Part shown: positions 13,153 through 26,140 of the stretch, in pieces | Layout of the letters: each line of letters starts with the position of its first letter | Numbering within the stretch: the first letter of the stretch is position 1 | From: Diadema antillarum | Taxonomy: Eukaryota | Reading direction: 5' to 3' | DNA: 64,000 nucleotides | Assembly (NCBI RefSeq): GCF_040938485.1 | Contig: NW_027271755.1 | Location: 806,001 to 870,000, forward strand | Notes under the pieces: model-generated | Told to the model about the DNA's origin: nothing | Databases searched by the model: none | The model's input: the letters and a program-made list of their open reading frames with translations, nothing else | Made by a program: the position numbers and the translations under genes

Positions 13153-13241
13153 TTTTCTTATGACAGCTCATAATCATGTGGTCATTGAAAAAAAAAAAAT
13201 GGTTTCCAAAACTGGAAAGGCAAAGAATCAAGTAGACTTAC

Positions 13242-13264
13242 CTCCCAGCTTTTTTCTTAATCAT
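13242..13264 (-). CDS. Candidate alternative first coding exon, MIKKKAG + AG (exon 13242-13318)
   Basis: Consensus donor gag|gtaagt at 13241 and acceptor gaatgcag at 13319. All internal-phase readings contain stops; the ATG at 13264 exits in phase 2. Confidence 0.3.
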
Positions 13265-16200
13265 TTTTCCTCGGTCGATATGACACTTGTTTAATCCAAG
13301 TCATAAATTCCTTGTTGACTGCATTCACACAAATTAATGGAAACCCCACATTCAATGGATGGTGAAGGTGAGTATCCAAATTTTACGTCCCGCACATTTT
13401 AAAGTCCAAATCACAGGAATATTGGTGTCCGCGACCAAGTCTACGGATGATGCGACAGAATTCGACTTAAATGACTTTCTCATTGTCACAAGAGACTGAA
13501 TGGGTCACAGGGGTTTGTGCCCATCGCTGGAGTGAAAGTGCACAGAGGCAAGCGACGCCAGATGAATCTTCCCCCCCTCTACATACTTACTCTCTACTTC
13601 CCATACCCCAACATGTGACAATGATGAACAGTCATCGACGCATCACAAGGTGTATAGGGCAAACGTGAAACCACACGGTTCCAATGTCACCTTACCTCGC
13701 TTCTAGAATCCAACCTCGCTTCAACAGCGATGCTTTGGTATACATACATGTATGTGTGTGTGTGTGTGTGAGTGTGTGTGTTCATCCACATCAGTGTGAC
13801 AGTCTCTTTACTTGCCCAGCTATTTTTGGAGGGCATCCCTGTAATAATAGATGTCTGACACAGAACCAATCACAAAGTAAAATGTATTTAATGTATCATA
13901 CACTTCCTCTGGGAACTCACATAGAACACCGCTGGGATAGCTAGCCATGTGCCATCCCTAAAAAGCAGAGGGCACAGGCGGACTGTGGCTTTGATTATGG
14001 AGTGTGACTTTAAACACATCTTCTAGACATTGTTTGCAGACAGCACGTAGCAACAGAAGAGGCTGTTTCCTTTATGTAATTAAAAGTTCATCCTGGTTTT
14101 AAAAGCGAAGAGAAGTGAAGAATCATTAAACTGCTTCCCTTTTCCCTACAGAGAATGGATCTACAGCTTCTTTTTGAGCTCCAAGTGTCTTGATTTCTTC
14201 AGAAAAAAAGAAGAAGCACGACTAACGATGCTGGCTCTCTTTATGTCTGATAAAGTCCTTTAACCTTTAAGCTAATATTCTGTATTTATATGGTGTGTTA
14301 CTTCAGTCCATGTATTACTTTTGAGAATATGAGAATGAAATATGTACATGCCTATTCATTGATTGGGGTGATTTTACAGAGGTAGATTTCACAAAGTGGC
14401 TAATATCTAATGTGGAATAAGGGCTGAAAAGATTCTAAATTTTGCAAATGTGACAATAAACACAAACATTTATTGCAAGGCACCCATCAGACAGCACGTC
14501 ATCTTGTTTGGAGCTTTAATGTCACTGCAAAAGCAATTTGTCGCATATGCATCTAAGCACAGGTTAACATAACCTTTAACTGTGCACAACTGGGACGCTC
14601 ATCTCCACCCCTCCCTCTCTCCCCCCACCCCACCCCCACTTCAAAATATGTTTGTAAACGTCCAATATACTTGACATTGTTAGTTAATCGAGCCGATTAA
14701 TGCACTTCCCTTCATTCTCCCGCCAAGCGTACAGTGCATTGGAATTGCGCTGGCAGTCAGGAAACTGTCGCTGCATGCTAATTCCCAGGCCCACGGACAC
14801 GGGTTGATCTAGGGGAAATCCAATCGTCTGCCACCCTATACCCTCCCTTGATTACAGACTGGCTGTACAAAGATTACTTTCACAGTACATCATGCAGGGC
14901 ATACCAAATTTCCATTATCACAGTCAATTTAAGTGCTTCGCTATGAACTAGCGCAACAGTGGTTACTAGTATAGGTTCTTCAAATCTTACATTTATTATT
15001 CTAACTCTTAAACCCTAAATTGTTCTCAACTAGTTACCAGAACACTTGCTTGGGGGCTTCTAAACTGCACATGGTAATACAAAATATTCATTGCACAAAG
15101 AGGCTCTAGTTGAAATTACGGATTCCAAGGAGGCAGAAATAGCACTATTTTTTGAAGGGCGCAGAACTAAATAAGATAACGCTATTCGCAATTCTTTTTT
15201 TTCATATGTTATTCCTTCAATATAACATGTAAACACAGAAAAATTTTTCAGTAGACTCTTAGAAATATGAGAAATTTGTCTGTCCACAACTACTAGGCAA
15301 ACAACCCCCCAAATTCTTACATTGTACTTTGGGAATTCAAAATTTTTTTTCAATTTTTTTTTTGCCTTGTGTGTGAGAATGTGGCTTATTAGTCTCCCTT
15401 GAGTGAATTTTTAGTCCTCATTAATGTATTTTACCATCCATTTCTAAATTGGGCATATAATGAAGGAAGCTCCGTAAAAATGAATATTCAATTAATCTCT
15501 TTGAAATTTTGCAATCAGCTACAGAGATGTCTTATATTTCACCTTATGACCACATCAAAGCTTATTAACCCCAAAGCTTCTGGCTGATGCACTTGACAGT
15601 AGCACACAATGGCAGACTTAATTCATGACTCATGACTCATGGGGCACAATCGGGCATATAGCATCAAAATGTCTTTTACAGCCTCCGCACACCAAGCATG
15701 GTAATGCCAGCAGTCCGATTTTTTGCTATGGCGTGCCAAAAGGAACCATGTCTTGTTTTAAAAAGAAAAATCATAATTTTGGTACAAAATCACCAAAAAT
15801 TTTATTCTCATATCAAAATCAAGAGCAGGAAAACCATCAGTTGAAGATTCATTTAGTAACAAAATTATTTGTAGGGTTAAGTGATAATTGTAACAGAATC
15901 AGAAATGGTTCCTTTTGTCGCACCAATGCAAAAAAGAAAAAGAAAAAAAGGACTGTCGCCGTTACCGTGCTCGGCGTGCGGAGCCCTTTATGTTGTAGCA
16001 ATCGCTGGAGAAATATTCAAACATTCAACTCCGGAGAAAGACATACACACAGAAGACCCAATTGTCTCATCTCCATGGAGACTGGTCACATGAGAAGGCC
16101 GACCAACAAGTTGAGGATGCTTCGGAATATTTGTTGAGGGTCAACAGACAGGATCTGGTTTTCACACCGTATGAAGAGCCCCCGGCCACAGACAATGCTC

Positions 16201-16326
16201 AAGACAGCCCGAGTGGGAGCCGCTTTCTACCAATGAAAGAGTGGTGCGGACACCAGTGCAACCTTTGAGGATGAAGACTCTTAATGCAGAACCTACCAGG
16301 AGCAGTACCTAATCAAACATCAAGGA

Positions 16327-16512
16327 TACTGTAAAAGGAGGAATGTTTGCGTGCATTTTAATTTCGCGAGAGCCAAGATCCACAAAATTAAAATGCACAC
16401 GAAAGTTCTTGTCTACACTATATGCATTGAATGTTAGAGGTAACTCGTGAAAATTTCACACCGCGAAAAAGGCCGTCGGCTCCAATTCACGAAAATTTAG
16501 TGTTTCACAGTA
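16327..16512 (+). mobile_element. TA-flanked MITE, family T1
   Basis: tactgtaaaagg...tttcacagta. Aligns to 11466-11676. Confidence 0.8.
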
Positions 16513-16884
16513 GACCTACATCCTAAAATAAGCCACACCTCAAGAAAAGGTATTTCCCAGCTCAACCTTAATACAGTTTGCTTATGGATACCGACAGAGT
16601 TCACCAATTACGTACCAGGAATCTGTGTTTTTTCGAAGAGTCAAATCATTAATGATGCTCCTTTGCAATATACATGTATCTCATGAATCGAGTGCTATGT
16701 TTAAGAGCCTTGAATGAGACTACTATTCTAGTCACTATGGACCATGAAGAATGGGGAAAACCATGTTACTAGTTGAGAAGCAAAGGGCTTTAATTCCACA
16801 CCTCATTAACGTCCTTCCGTCTCTCAACTGACGCTGCACGCAAACCAGCACGGCGTCATTCTAGGAATGCCTCTTCCATCTTAC

Positions 16885-16945
16885 CCCTTTGGTGGGTTTG
16901 TAGACCCAGCTGCTTGTCTCATGGTGCGGTGCTGGTGTGTCACGC
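16885..16945 (-). CDS. Candidate 61-nt exon, either (R)RDTPAPHHETSSWVYKPTKG (phase 2 to 0) or MRQAAGSTNPPK(G) from the ATG at 16922
   Basis: Branch-like aactaat followed by gtttacag acceptor; donor ggg|gtaaga. Confidence 0.5.
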
Positions 16946-17232
16946 CTGTAAACATTAGTTATGTTCCCATGATGCTACTAACCTTTAAAGATTAGCTGAA
17001 AGTTTTAAACTTCAATGAGTAGCTCCTTGCTCAACCCCGTATATGAACTCAAAAGTTAATAGCATTCCAACATGTTTGATTGATATTTAGAACTGAACCA
17101 CAAGATTTCTTAGGGTTTACTCTCTATCCACAAGCTGCTGCAGAAAGGGGTGGGGGGGGGGGGGGGGTGGGGTCATAGTCTTGCATTGTGTGGACAACAT
17201 AATCAACAAATTCAAAAGTGACCTCTCCATGA

Positions 17233-17271
<39 letters not shown>

Positions 17272-17307
17272 TAGATTCTGGGTCAACATCAAGAGCATGT
17301 TGTATAC

Positions 17308-17502
17308 TACTGTACACTGAAAAGTAAGATATTTTCGCAGCATGAAATTTTCACAAACTGGATCCAATGGCCTTTTTTTGCAGCATAAAATTTTTGTGAA
17401 TTCCCTGCAGCATTCAATGCTTACACTGTGTTGACAAAAACTTTTGGGTGCATTTTCATTTTGCAAATCTTGTCTCTCGCAAACATTTTTGGTTTTACAG
17501 TA
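17308..17502 (-). mobile_element. TA-flanked MITE, family T1, degenerate
   Basis: tactgta...ttttacagta termini. Reverse-complement similarity to 16327. Confidence 0.65.
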
Positions 17503-18211
17503 GTCACACATTATTGGGTTTATGGCTAGCACTGTATGTATTTCTTCCAGTTTGGTGGTTTAATCATTGAGTGGGGTTCACCTTGAAAGTTTGATTTTAA
17601 GGATCAGGGGTGGTGTGGACGTGTATCACAGTTTAAAACTACAAGCTGAAAACTTCAAAGACTACAAATGTTGTGTGCACCTAACTCTTTGCAACGTCCC
17701 TAGAACACACTCCTATCTCCGTAAGCATGCCATCTTATACATGTACATGAGCACTTTCAACCCACCATCCCCTGTACCATAATGTGTTATATACGGGCGA
17801 ATGCTGGTCTTCCAAAGCCTATGTATGTACTGTAATACTGCCCGCAGCACATTTAGGGCTGCTTCTCTCTCACTGACCAAAATCTCCAGGGATGGAAACA
17901 AAATGGGTTCACCTCACATCTTCCCTTCCACCCTCTTGTCAATACCGGTGTAACAAATTCACTTCATTACACACATGGGTACAAAGAAGCGGCAAGACAA
18001 GACATTGCATGGTGGTGGGAGTGGTTAATGACTGTCAAGCATGCCTCGGATCCGTCATCAAATCCGACAAGCTACCTGGTCGGCTGTAAACTGAAATAAA
18101 TTGTCACAGTAATCCAATAATTGCATCCGGAGGGCAATCTTGCTTGAATGTACGTCTTGTTATATTTTCCTTGAGGGGTCTCCGATGTGCCTAATCTTTT
18201 TTTTTCTTTAA

Positions 18212-18306
18212 CCCGTTGAGGACGGACTGATTTTGCTACAACTACACTGTAGTACAACACGCATTTCCCATACATACCTGCCCGATTGGGACCCGTCCTC
18301 AATGGG
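18212..18306 (+). mobile_element. piggyBac-type mini-MITE, 95 bp
   Basis: ttaa|cccgttgaggacgg...ccgtcctcaatggg|ttaa; 13/14 TIR match and TTAA TSD. Confidence 0.88.
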
Positions 18307-18762
18307 TTAACATTTCAAGTTGTTGATGCTCATGTTCCAGATGAATGGATAAACAAAGAGAAAAAAGTGGTTTTGATATCATATGATCTTTGGTATCTGA
18401 AGCTGCATCCTACTGGAGTCAACCCCCTCCAACCCCGTCCACCCCCACCCCCCCCCCCCCCCCCCCCCACGAGGAGTACAAGAAGCAGAGGAACCTAAAC
18501 ACTGTTCGAGAGCAGAGTGAGCGCCACTGGCCTTGATACCTGCAATCAATCCCATGCACACATACATCTTTAATGATTACAAATGAGATACTCAACCTTA
18601 CAAGACTTAATACTCAGTGAATGACCTCACGTTACATGACTTGGACAAAAACCAGATCACAACATCCTTGTACAAGAGTCAGTCAAATGTCAAGAGTCAG
18701 TCAAATGTCTCACAGTACTTTTAAAATCACAATGACTCAAGAGAAAGACTTAGGCCTATGTC

Positions 18763-19095
18763 TAGGGTTCTCAGCATTTCAAGAAAACAAAATTCCCTGA
18801 TTTTTCCCTGATATTTCCCTGATAAAATATCAAATTTCCACGATAACTATTTCAACTCATTTCCACTTTCACATCCATTTTTCATTCAGTTTCATCCAGT
18901 GGATTTTTATTTAGTATGCAAAAAAAAAAAAAAAAAAAATAACAGAGTCTTACTGACTACTTTCGATTTTTTGGCCAATCAAAATTCCCTGACTTTTCCC
19001 TATTTGAGGCCTTTTTATCAAATTCCCTTACTTTTCCCTGACTGGAAAAGAGTGAAATAATCTTCCCTGATTTCCCTGATGATCTTGGAACCCTG
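18763..19095. mobile_element. hAT-like MITE with a 5-bp TSD
   Basis: (t/c)agggttc termini, ATGTC directly on both sides, and many subterminal TTCCCTGA repeats. Confidence 0.82.
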
Positions 19096-20142
19096 ATGTC
19101 TTGATCAAGCAGCTCTCCGGTTATAGGAGGAAACAAAGTCATTCATTTACATACGACACAGAGCTCAATAAATGGGCATATATGCATCAAAACATAATTC
19201 ACACACACTTTCAGATCATTCTACCACTAGCAAACCTGAGACTACATTGTATGTACCTGAGCGTGCATGTACATGTATGCACTCAACAAAGACAAGATTT
19301 TAGTATCAATCAAGACATAAATTTTGGTTTATGAAAATTATTCATATGACTGTGATAGGCACAAAAAGCAGATAACAGCATCTTTCCTCATCCATTGAAA
19401 AAATATTAAATGATGTGAAATTGGTGATGTTTTATGCATGGAATAAAACTAATGAGGCCTATTAAAAGAAGCAATGCCATAGTCATTAGACCAAGGTCAT
19501 TGTATAATGGAACTTTGCAAGCACCAATAACAAATGAACTGCCAATATTTGCATGGGCATACACATGATAAATAGTAAAAAATTGCCACAAATTTCGTTC
19601 AACCATGTTCAAATTTTCCACTGATAAGATGCTTTTGCTATATTCACTGGTGAGATGATTTGCTATGTTCATTAAAATGGGAATTTCCCCCCTGGGATAC
19701 ATACTTTTCCTCCAGCCATTCCTGTTTTGGTCAACCCGCATTAACTAGCATCACTTTGACTAGCACACGCAAGAAAAAAAAATAGTTTGTATGTGTGTTA
19801 GAAACACATTATATCTCATTCGTATGAAAGCACGCCGGAATTCAGTCTTTCTCGGAAATATCTCTGAAATAATATTACACCACTTGGTGGTTAATCCGTG
19901 ATTCCTGGTTTTAATCTACTATGGGCACCCAAGTACACCACTTCAAACATGCTTTTGACAGAAAAGTTTTGAAAGAACATAACTGTTTGAATAAATGAAA
20001 AGACAAGTATCAGTGTGTGCGCATTGAATCACTTAAAACATATTTAGAAATGTGTCTAAGGAGCATGATAACAGACAATAAGTCTGAATGAAACCCTCCC
20101 CTAGCTTGATTCAAGACCCTGGGGGGAGCTCTGGGCACTTAC

Positions 20143-20300
20143 CTATCGAGGGCCTGTGGTCGCCTACCTCTCCGACCCCTCTGGCTCTTTTTGCGAAAGA
20201 CCACTTTGACCTCTGCATTCTCGTAGAGTGCACTAGTCTCGGCTCCAGCCACTTCTTCCTCTTCTAGAATAATGCTCTGTCTCTCATCGCTCAGTGGCAT
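20143..20300 (-). CDS. Candidate first coding exon, MPLSDERQSIILEEEEVAGAETSALYENAEVKVVFRKKSQRGRRGRRPQALD + AG (exon 20143-20498)
   Basis: Acceptor ttaccttctcttcag at 20499 and consensus donor ag|gtaagt at 20142. The ATG has A at -3. 52 codons with acidic then basic blocks; phase-2 exit. Confidence 0.6.
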
Positions 20301-21711
20301 CTTGATTTCTTTGCAACACGTTCACTCCCTCGCACCCACTTCCTCGCCGTCAGTGATGCATTTAAAATTCCAGGATACGATTCCTTTTGAACTCAGGAGG
20401 TTGAGGCAGATGGCAACCACAGAGTTGGGTATAACTGCGCCATCATCACTAGCATCTATGGTGTCTGAGATGCCTAAGGTGTCTTCAAAGTAATAATCCT
20501 GAAGAGAAGGTAAAATCCATCATTGACTCCATTCCACTAGGCTGCTTTTAATAGATATAACAGATCCAGAATGTGCTTCACCAAAGTTTGAAGGATGGGC
20601 AATCCTTTTGCAGCTGATCAAGTTCTATCAGATTGACAGAATCCGAATACTCTGCCAAGATTGTTTAAACCAACATGAAGTTCCGCGTAAGTTCAGCTTC
20701 AGACAAAAATATAAGTGACATAATATCCACAATGATATCATCATGACCATTATACAGGCTTTCTGAATCTGGTCAGGACTATTACACGAATGGAAACCTA
20801 AACCTGTAACAGCAGCCATGAAAAGTCCGGGAACCCACTTCGGAAAGAATCAACTTCATGACACGATGATGCAAACCACTGCAATAATTATTGCACATAT
20901 ATCCCCATCGAAAAATGATACCTCTTCAAAAGTGCAGTTTACAAAATAGACAGGCCTATATAAGGAAATAGCCATGCATCATAGAAGTCGATACATGCAA
21001 TGAAATATGACACAGAGTACTACGATCGTATATCTGCCACATATTCAGCCAAAATGCCCTGCTCCGCACGCTGCCCTGGTGTAGTGCCCAGATTGACTTG
21101 GAACAATTTAGCAATGACAGATATTTGTAAGCACCTAATTAGACAATAGAGCCCCATATGGCACGACAGCTCTCATTACATCACCCAGCGCCCATCCAAA
21201 TTGCTGAACTTCAAAAATATCTCCATTGTTTGACCAACAGTAATTACGGTGGCATGCAACCTAATACTCATGCAAGCACCAATGTGGATATCACAAAATT
21301 CAGAACGGGTTTAAATAAAAAATATGCATGAATAAAAATTGTGACTTTTCCTCCGCTGACATTTTGTAATTCTCCATACAAAGCGATGAGCATTCTTTGC
21401 ATATCCCAATCACTATCACCAAGGCAAAAAGAATAAGAAAGAAAAGAAGAAGAAATCAAAATCCATTTGCCTAATAACCCATGATTCTGTAATGAACACA
21501 AAAATTCCCTAATTTCCTAATTCCCCCAACTTCCCTGTGGCTTTGCTGCGATTTTCTCCTTTAAAGCCGTACAATCTTGGCGAGTGGTTTGTGCAGCACA
21601 GAGACGAATGCAACACGCTGCCTCCCCCCATTCTGTATCAAATGTCATGACACCGAATGAGAATAGTGCTGGCTCAATGGGTCAGCGAACAACACTGAGA
21701 CTCAAATTCAC

Positions 21712-21835
21712 CTGACCCAAAATGGCTGTCCGAGCCACGCGAGCTTCCGAATGGACGCACACTCTCAGTGCGCATGCGCATGAAGAGAGGTCAAAAGAGC
21801 CACCCGTCTTCTGACCTCTCTCCTCCAATCACTGC
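21712..21835 (-). promoter_or_regulatory. Candidate promoter and non-coding first exon
   Basis: Perfect NRF1-type palindrome TGCGCATGCGCA at 21769-21780, CCAAT near 21825 and local CpG enrichment. Minus-strand donor cag|gtgaat at 21711, about 1.2 kb upstream of the 20498 acceptor. Confidence 0.45.
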
Positions 21836-23793
21836 AGCTCGCGGTCTCAATGTTTGTGTATGATGCGTACACACACACACACACATACACACACGACCGT
21901 CTCAGTGGCAGCATTGTCCCACACATTTATGGATATGGCACCGAGTCTGGCATTGCGCAATTGCATGCACAAACTTCGGTCGTTCTGGAGTTTACGAAAT
22001 AACGTACCATTAGGGGTGACATAACGTACCATTAGGGGTGACAAACGTCCGACTTTAAATACCAATGTTTTATGGAGCCAAATTCTGCGAGCCATTCTCA
22101 CTAGCAGCGAAACTCAGGAAACCCATCTCAGGCAACAGTCACAGACCACCATTTCTTGAACAGGAAGAAGTTATTGCATCTGCCCTGGCAAACTCCTCAG
22201 CACTGATTAGTCTCATTTCAAGGAACCACTGCTCCAAATGACAAATCAATAGTATTGCATCAAAATAAATCAAGTCTTCCCACAGATTATCTAATACTGT
22301 TTCCCCCCCCCCTTTTTTTTTGGGGGGGGGGGGGATAACATGCATAAATGATAACAATTTTGTAGGTATGGCATATTTCACAAGTCCGAACTAGTAAAAA
22401 GAATGTCACAAGGGGATTTGTAGGCCATTGAGAACTGCATCAACAGAACGAGGAATAATTAATTGAACTTTTCAAGCAAAATATTATTACTTTCCTGCCG
22501 TAGAGACGACACACAGAGCATTTGGGCTACAATTAGAGGAAGAGGAGGGTCAACAGAACTTGGCTGGGATATCACTGTTCCCTAATCTCCCTAATTTTCT
22601 CAATGCTGTAAATGCTGCCAAATATCAAGCAGATGATCACAGGTGTTGAGCTCATAGTTGTATTGACCCCACAGAAACCGTGATTCTGATTCACCTTTCC
22701 CTTTCCATGTATCTCCCCCTTCCCCTCTCTCACCCCCCCCCCCTCCCTTCTCTCTCTCTCTCTCTCTCCCTCTCTCTCTCTCCTTGCTTTGGTGATTCCG
22801 TTAGGAAGATTTCCTTTGACAAAAACAGATCATAACTGTACTAAGAGCATTGCTGGAATTACTCTTTACATTTCATATCATTGTTCAAAGCTCATAGAAG
22901 AGCATCTTTACCCCTACAAGATTCTGAAGATAGCACATTATCATAATTGGACACAATAGCCAAGTAAAATTAAATTTTACACCTAAAGCTTATGAAATGA
23001 GAAAATTCAAAAGTCCTTTTAGTTACAATTTTTCACGTCATGGATTTCAGACAGTCTGTAAAACACTACGGTGTCCACTGGCAATCACGAGGTAACACTT
23101 GTTTTCACATACAAATGACAAAAAATGACAGCCTAATGCAAACTACATTCGATGACATCGAAAGATGGAGCACCATGGCATTATTCTTTGTTGAGAATGC
23201 ATCCATACAACAAACACTAAAAAAGACACACTGTACACAAAAAAAAAAAAACACCCACACACAAACATGCACAGAATTGTGGCATAAAAACTGTATTGCC
23301 ATTTTATGGCACAGCACCTGTTGATGACATTAATATCCAGAACTCTTTCCTTCAAAGAGATCAGCAATAATTGCCTGCCACAACAATGTCAGTTGCCATG
23401 ACAACAACTAAAATGCTCACAGCTGAGTGGTCACTTCCTCGATACCACCATGGTAACTGCAATAACCACAGCTGGCAGGTGCTAGAAGGTGGCTCCTCAA
23501 ATGAGGGTTTGTGCTGTTGTGTACTTTCCTGCGCCTGTATGAAAGACCATCGCCTTAATAAACTAAAAACAGTTTTGATAATTCTCGAGAGACTTCGAAC
23601 TTTGTTTCATTTCATCATTCCTTCGTCAGTCCTCCCCTGCAAGCTCCATCTGCATCCTTGAACTATTACGTTCTCCTCCCGTCTCCAGATTGTGCAGTGA
23701 TACCCCTTCCTCCCTTCTAAGCATGATTACTCTGCACTCTGATCGCTCCTGGTCTTAGTGAGTTGACAACTAATAACCAACACTTTGAAGTCA

Positions 23794-24032
23794 ACTGTAT
23801 GCGCCATATAAAAAAGTGTCTACATTTTTGCGAATCAGGACTTCCCCATGATTTCGTGAGTGTTTAAATTCGCGATCATGAGTATAGTACTGAATGGAGA
23901 AAAGTATGCAATATGTATGTGCACTTCACATTCACATTGGGATTAGAATCAATATTTACAATTTGCGAACAGCACCTAACTCGCAAAATTCACAAAAATA
24001 AAAAACTCATGAAATATTCGGCGTAAACAGTA
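23794..24032 (+). mobile_element. TA-flanked MITE, family T2
   Basis: Aligns to 34470-34713 and ends ggcgtaaacagta. Confidence 0.75.
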
Positions 24033-24338
24033 TTCCGTACTTTAGTGCAGCTACTCCGTGAGTCTGATATCTTTCCCTGTCCGCTACAGTGAATTACTGG
24101 GGTATTTTGTGTCATATTTTGGAATGTGACTGCAAAAGACACTATGAAATACCTTGTAAAATACTGTGGTATTCATGGTGGTAAATCAAACTTTGCCAGA
24201 AATATGCATGCAAGCTTTGTGTGTTAATTGTGTATTGATAAACGATAATATACAAGCATACCACTGTGTATTTCTAATGTGACCTACCACACTTCCTGTC
24301 TTATTCCCCTACAAGTGATGAACATGCACAGTGCTTAC

Positions 24339-24405
24339 CTCCAAGCAGAAGTGTACTTTTGAGCCAGAAATACCATGATATTTTGTGAATGAGAACGGTG
24401 CAAAC
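24339..24405 (-). other. Possible 67-nt cassette exon, coding frame undetermined
   Basis: Donor gag|gtaagc and acceptor gtatttcag. All three frames are open. Confidence 0.25.
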
Positions 24406-25504
24406 TGAAATACTGAATGGTCTTCAAAACTTTCTCGCATTAAAGACAACTTGACTTTCTATTAGCATCCTGTTGGTCATGCGCTTTTGGTAATTTCATT
24501 TTGGTTCCCTCGTACTGAATCAACAAAACTTTAACAAAATTTACAAAATCTTATCCAAAACGTGACAGGAGAGGGACGTGATGCAAAATTTTCTTCACAA
24601 ATACCAACAAGCTGCCAGTTTCAGAACAAATAATTAGAGAAGATATTGCGCCTACTGTATATAATACGCAAAGACAGAAGCAGACATGTTTGTGATCTGA
24701 GAGACTATTTGGTAGATGTATAACTTGATTTTATTTTGCCAAATAACTTGTCTGTTAATTTGTATGAGACACTTTCAGTCAGTTAGTGTGATGAATCCCA
24801 CATCATATCACATTTTTGAAATGAGTATGACATGTGATTCTACAGATTAGAATTGACTCATCTGCCCCATGAATGATGACAATGCTTTCTGCGTATCTGT
24901 AAATATACGTCACAAATAGATTAATTTTTTTTGTGTGTATGTTTTCCTTCACAAATGCATTATGGAATGAAAAGTATCTCATCAGCGAGAAAAAACAAAA
25001 ACAAATCCCTGTTTGAAACACAATATAATCTAGAAAGAGAAGGCTCACGGATACTACTCTATTCTGCGGGATTAAATGGAAATGAATCCTTCTCGTTTTT
25101 ACGTAGATAACAAGGATTTTGAGTAAAACCCCTCCATGTCCCTGTAACTTTGTAATCCCCGAAAAGCCTTCATTAATACAACCTGAATTCATTAGCTCAA
25201 TGAAATTTGTTTGAAAAGACGTGCATTGCTTGCGCTCTCATTGCCAAAGGGATCCACGGAAATCACAAGTATGTGGGCGTATGGTTCATCCAAATATGAA
25301 GACAGAACTCATTTCCTAATTCAGTTCCTAAAGGGGAATAACTTCCTTCGTTCTTGAAGGATGCATAAAAGAACAACTTCCTTAATGCCTTGGGGACAGA
25401 CAAGTATAAAAACTGGGCAAATAAATGAAATTGAAAAAAAGGTAAGAATTTTGAGGGCAGTACACTTTGAGACATTTTCATGATCAAAACAGATCAAAGT
25501 GCTG

Positions 25505-25772
25505 ATTCTCTTCTGATGTCCACTGAACATAGCAGAGGACAAATTTTTAAATTGGCTGCAACAATTAAAGGTTGGATTTTTCCTGATATTTATGATGTAT
25601 CGTGATCATGATTTCAACAGACCAAAGTGCTATGGTGCAGGTGATGTCACAATCTCATTACAACAACAAACAATTCTCTTCTGGTGTCCACTGAACATAC
25701 TGTACCAGAGGATGAATTAGCTGCAACAATTAGAGGTTAGTTAAACTTTTTTGATATTTATCATGGATCATG
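25505..25772. repeat. Degenerate tandem duplication, period about 168 bp
   Basis: attctcttctg(a/g)tgtccactgaacata...gctgcaacaatta(a/g)aggtt...gatattta occurs at 25505 and 25673. Confidence 0.7.
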
Positions 25773-25978
25773 AAATATATTGATATTTTGGGCACTCATT
25801 TCTAGCTGTCTTTCTTTGCAATAATTTCACTATCAAAACAGATTTAATGGATTTTTTTTTCCCCTAGGGGTCATTCACCCTTCAGGTTTTACTGTAATGC
25901 ATTTCAAAATGTACAGCAAAAAAAAAAAATGCTTTTACTCAACTTTCATAGTAAAAATGTAATAATTTCAGTATATTG

Positions 25979-26140
25979 GAATTGGAGCGCCTTTTTTGCG
26001 GCATGAAACTTTCACGAATTGTCACTGGCATTCAACACATATATAGACAAGAAATTTTGCGTGCATTTTAATTTCGGGAATCTCAGTTCAACAAAATTTG
26101 CAAAATTAAAATGCAGGCAAACATTCCTCAGTTCCCGGTA
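25979..26140 (-). mobile_element. TA-flanked MITE, family T1, truncated
   Basis: Reverse-complement match to the 11466/16327 interior (gaaattaaaatgca, aattggag). Confidence 0.65.

Noticed and set aside
13368-14151. Plus-strand donor (aag|gtgagt) and acceptor (ttttccctacag) suggesting an antisense transcript
   Set aside because: Isolated strong splice motifs are expected by chance in 64 kb, and there is no ORF or other support.
15625-16268. Longest ORF in the track (170 aa) and neighbouring ORFs
   Set aside because: No recognisable domain, crosses a poly-A run, and no convincing splice sites.
9438-16945. Faint resemblance of ILNGALFS and GVRY to PTB-domain N-termini (LDLRAP1/Dab)
   Set aside because: The expected following Y/F-L-G strand is absent and the matches are too short, so no gene symbol was assigned.
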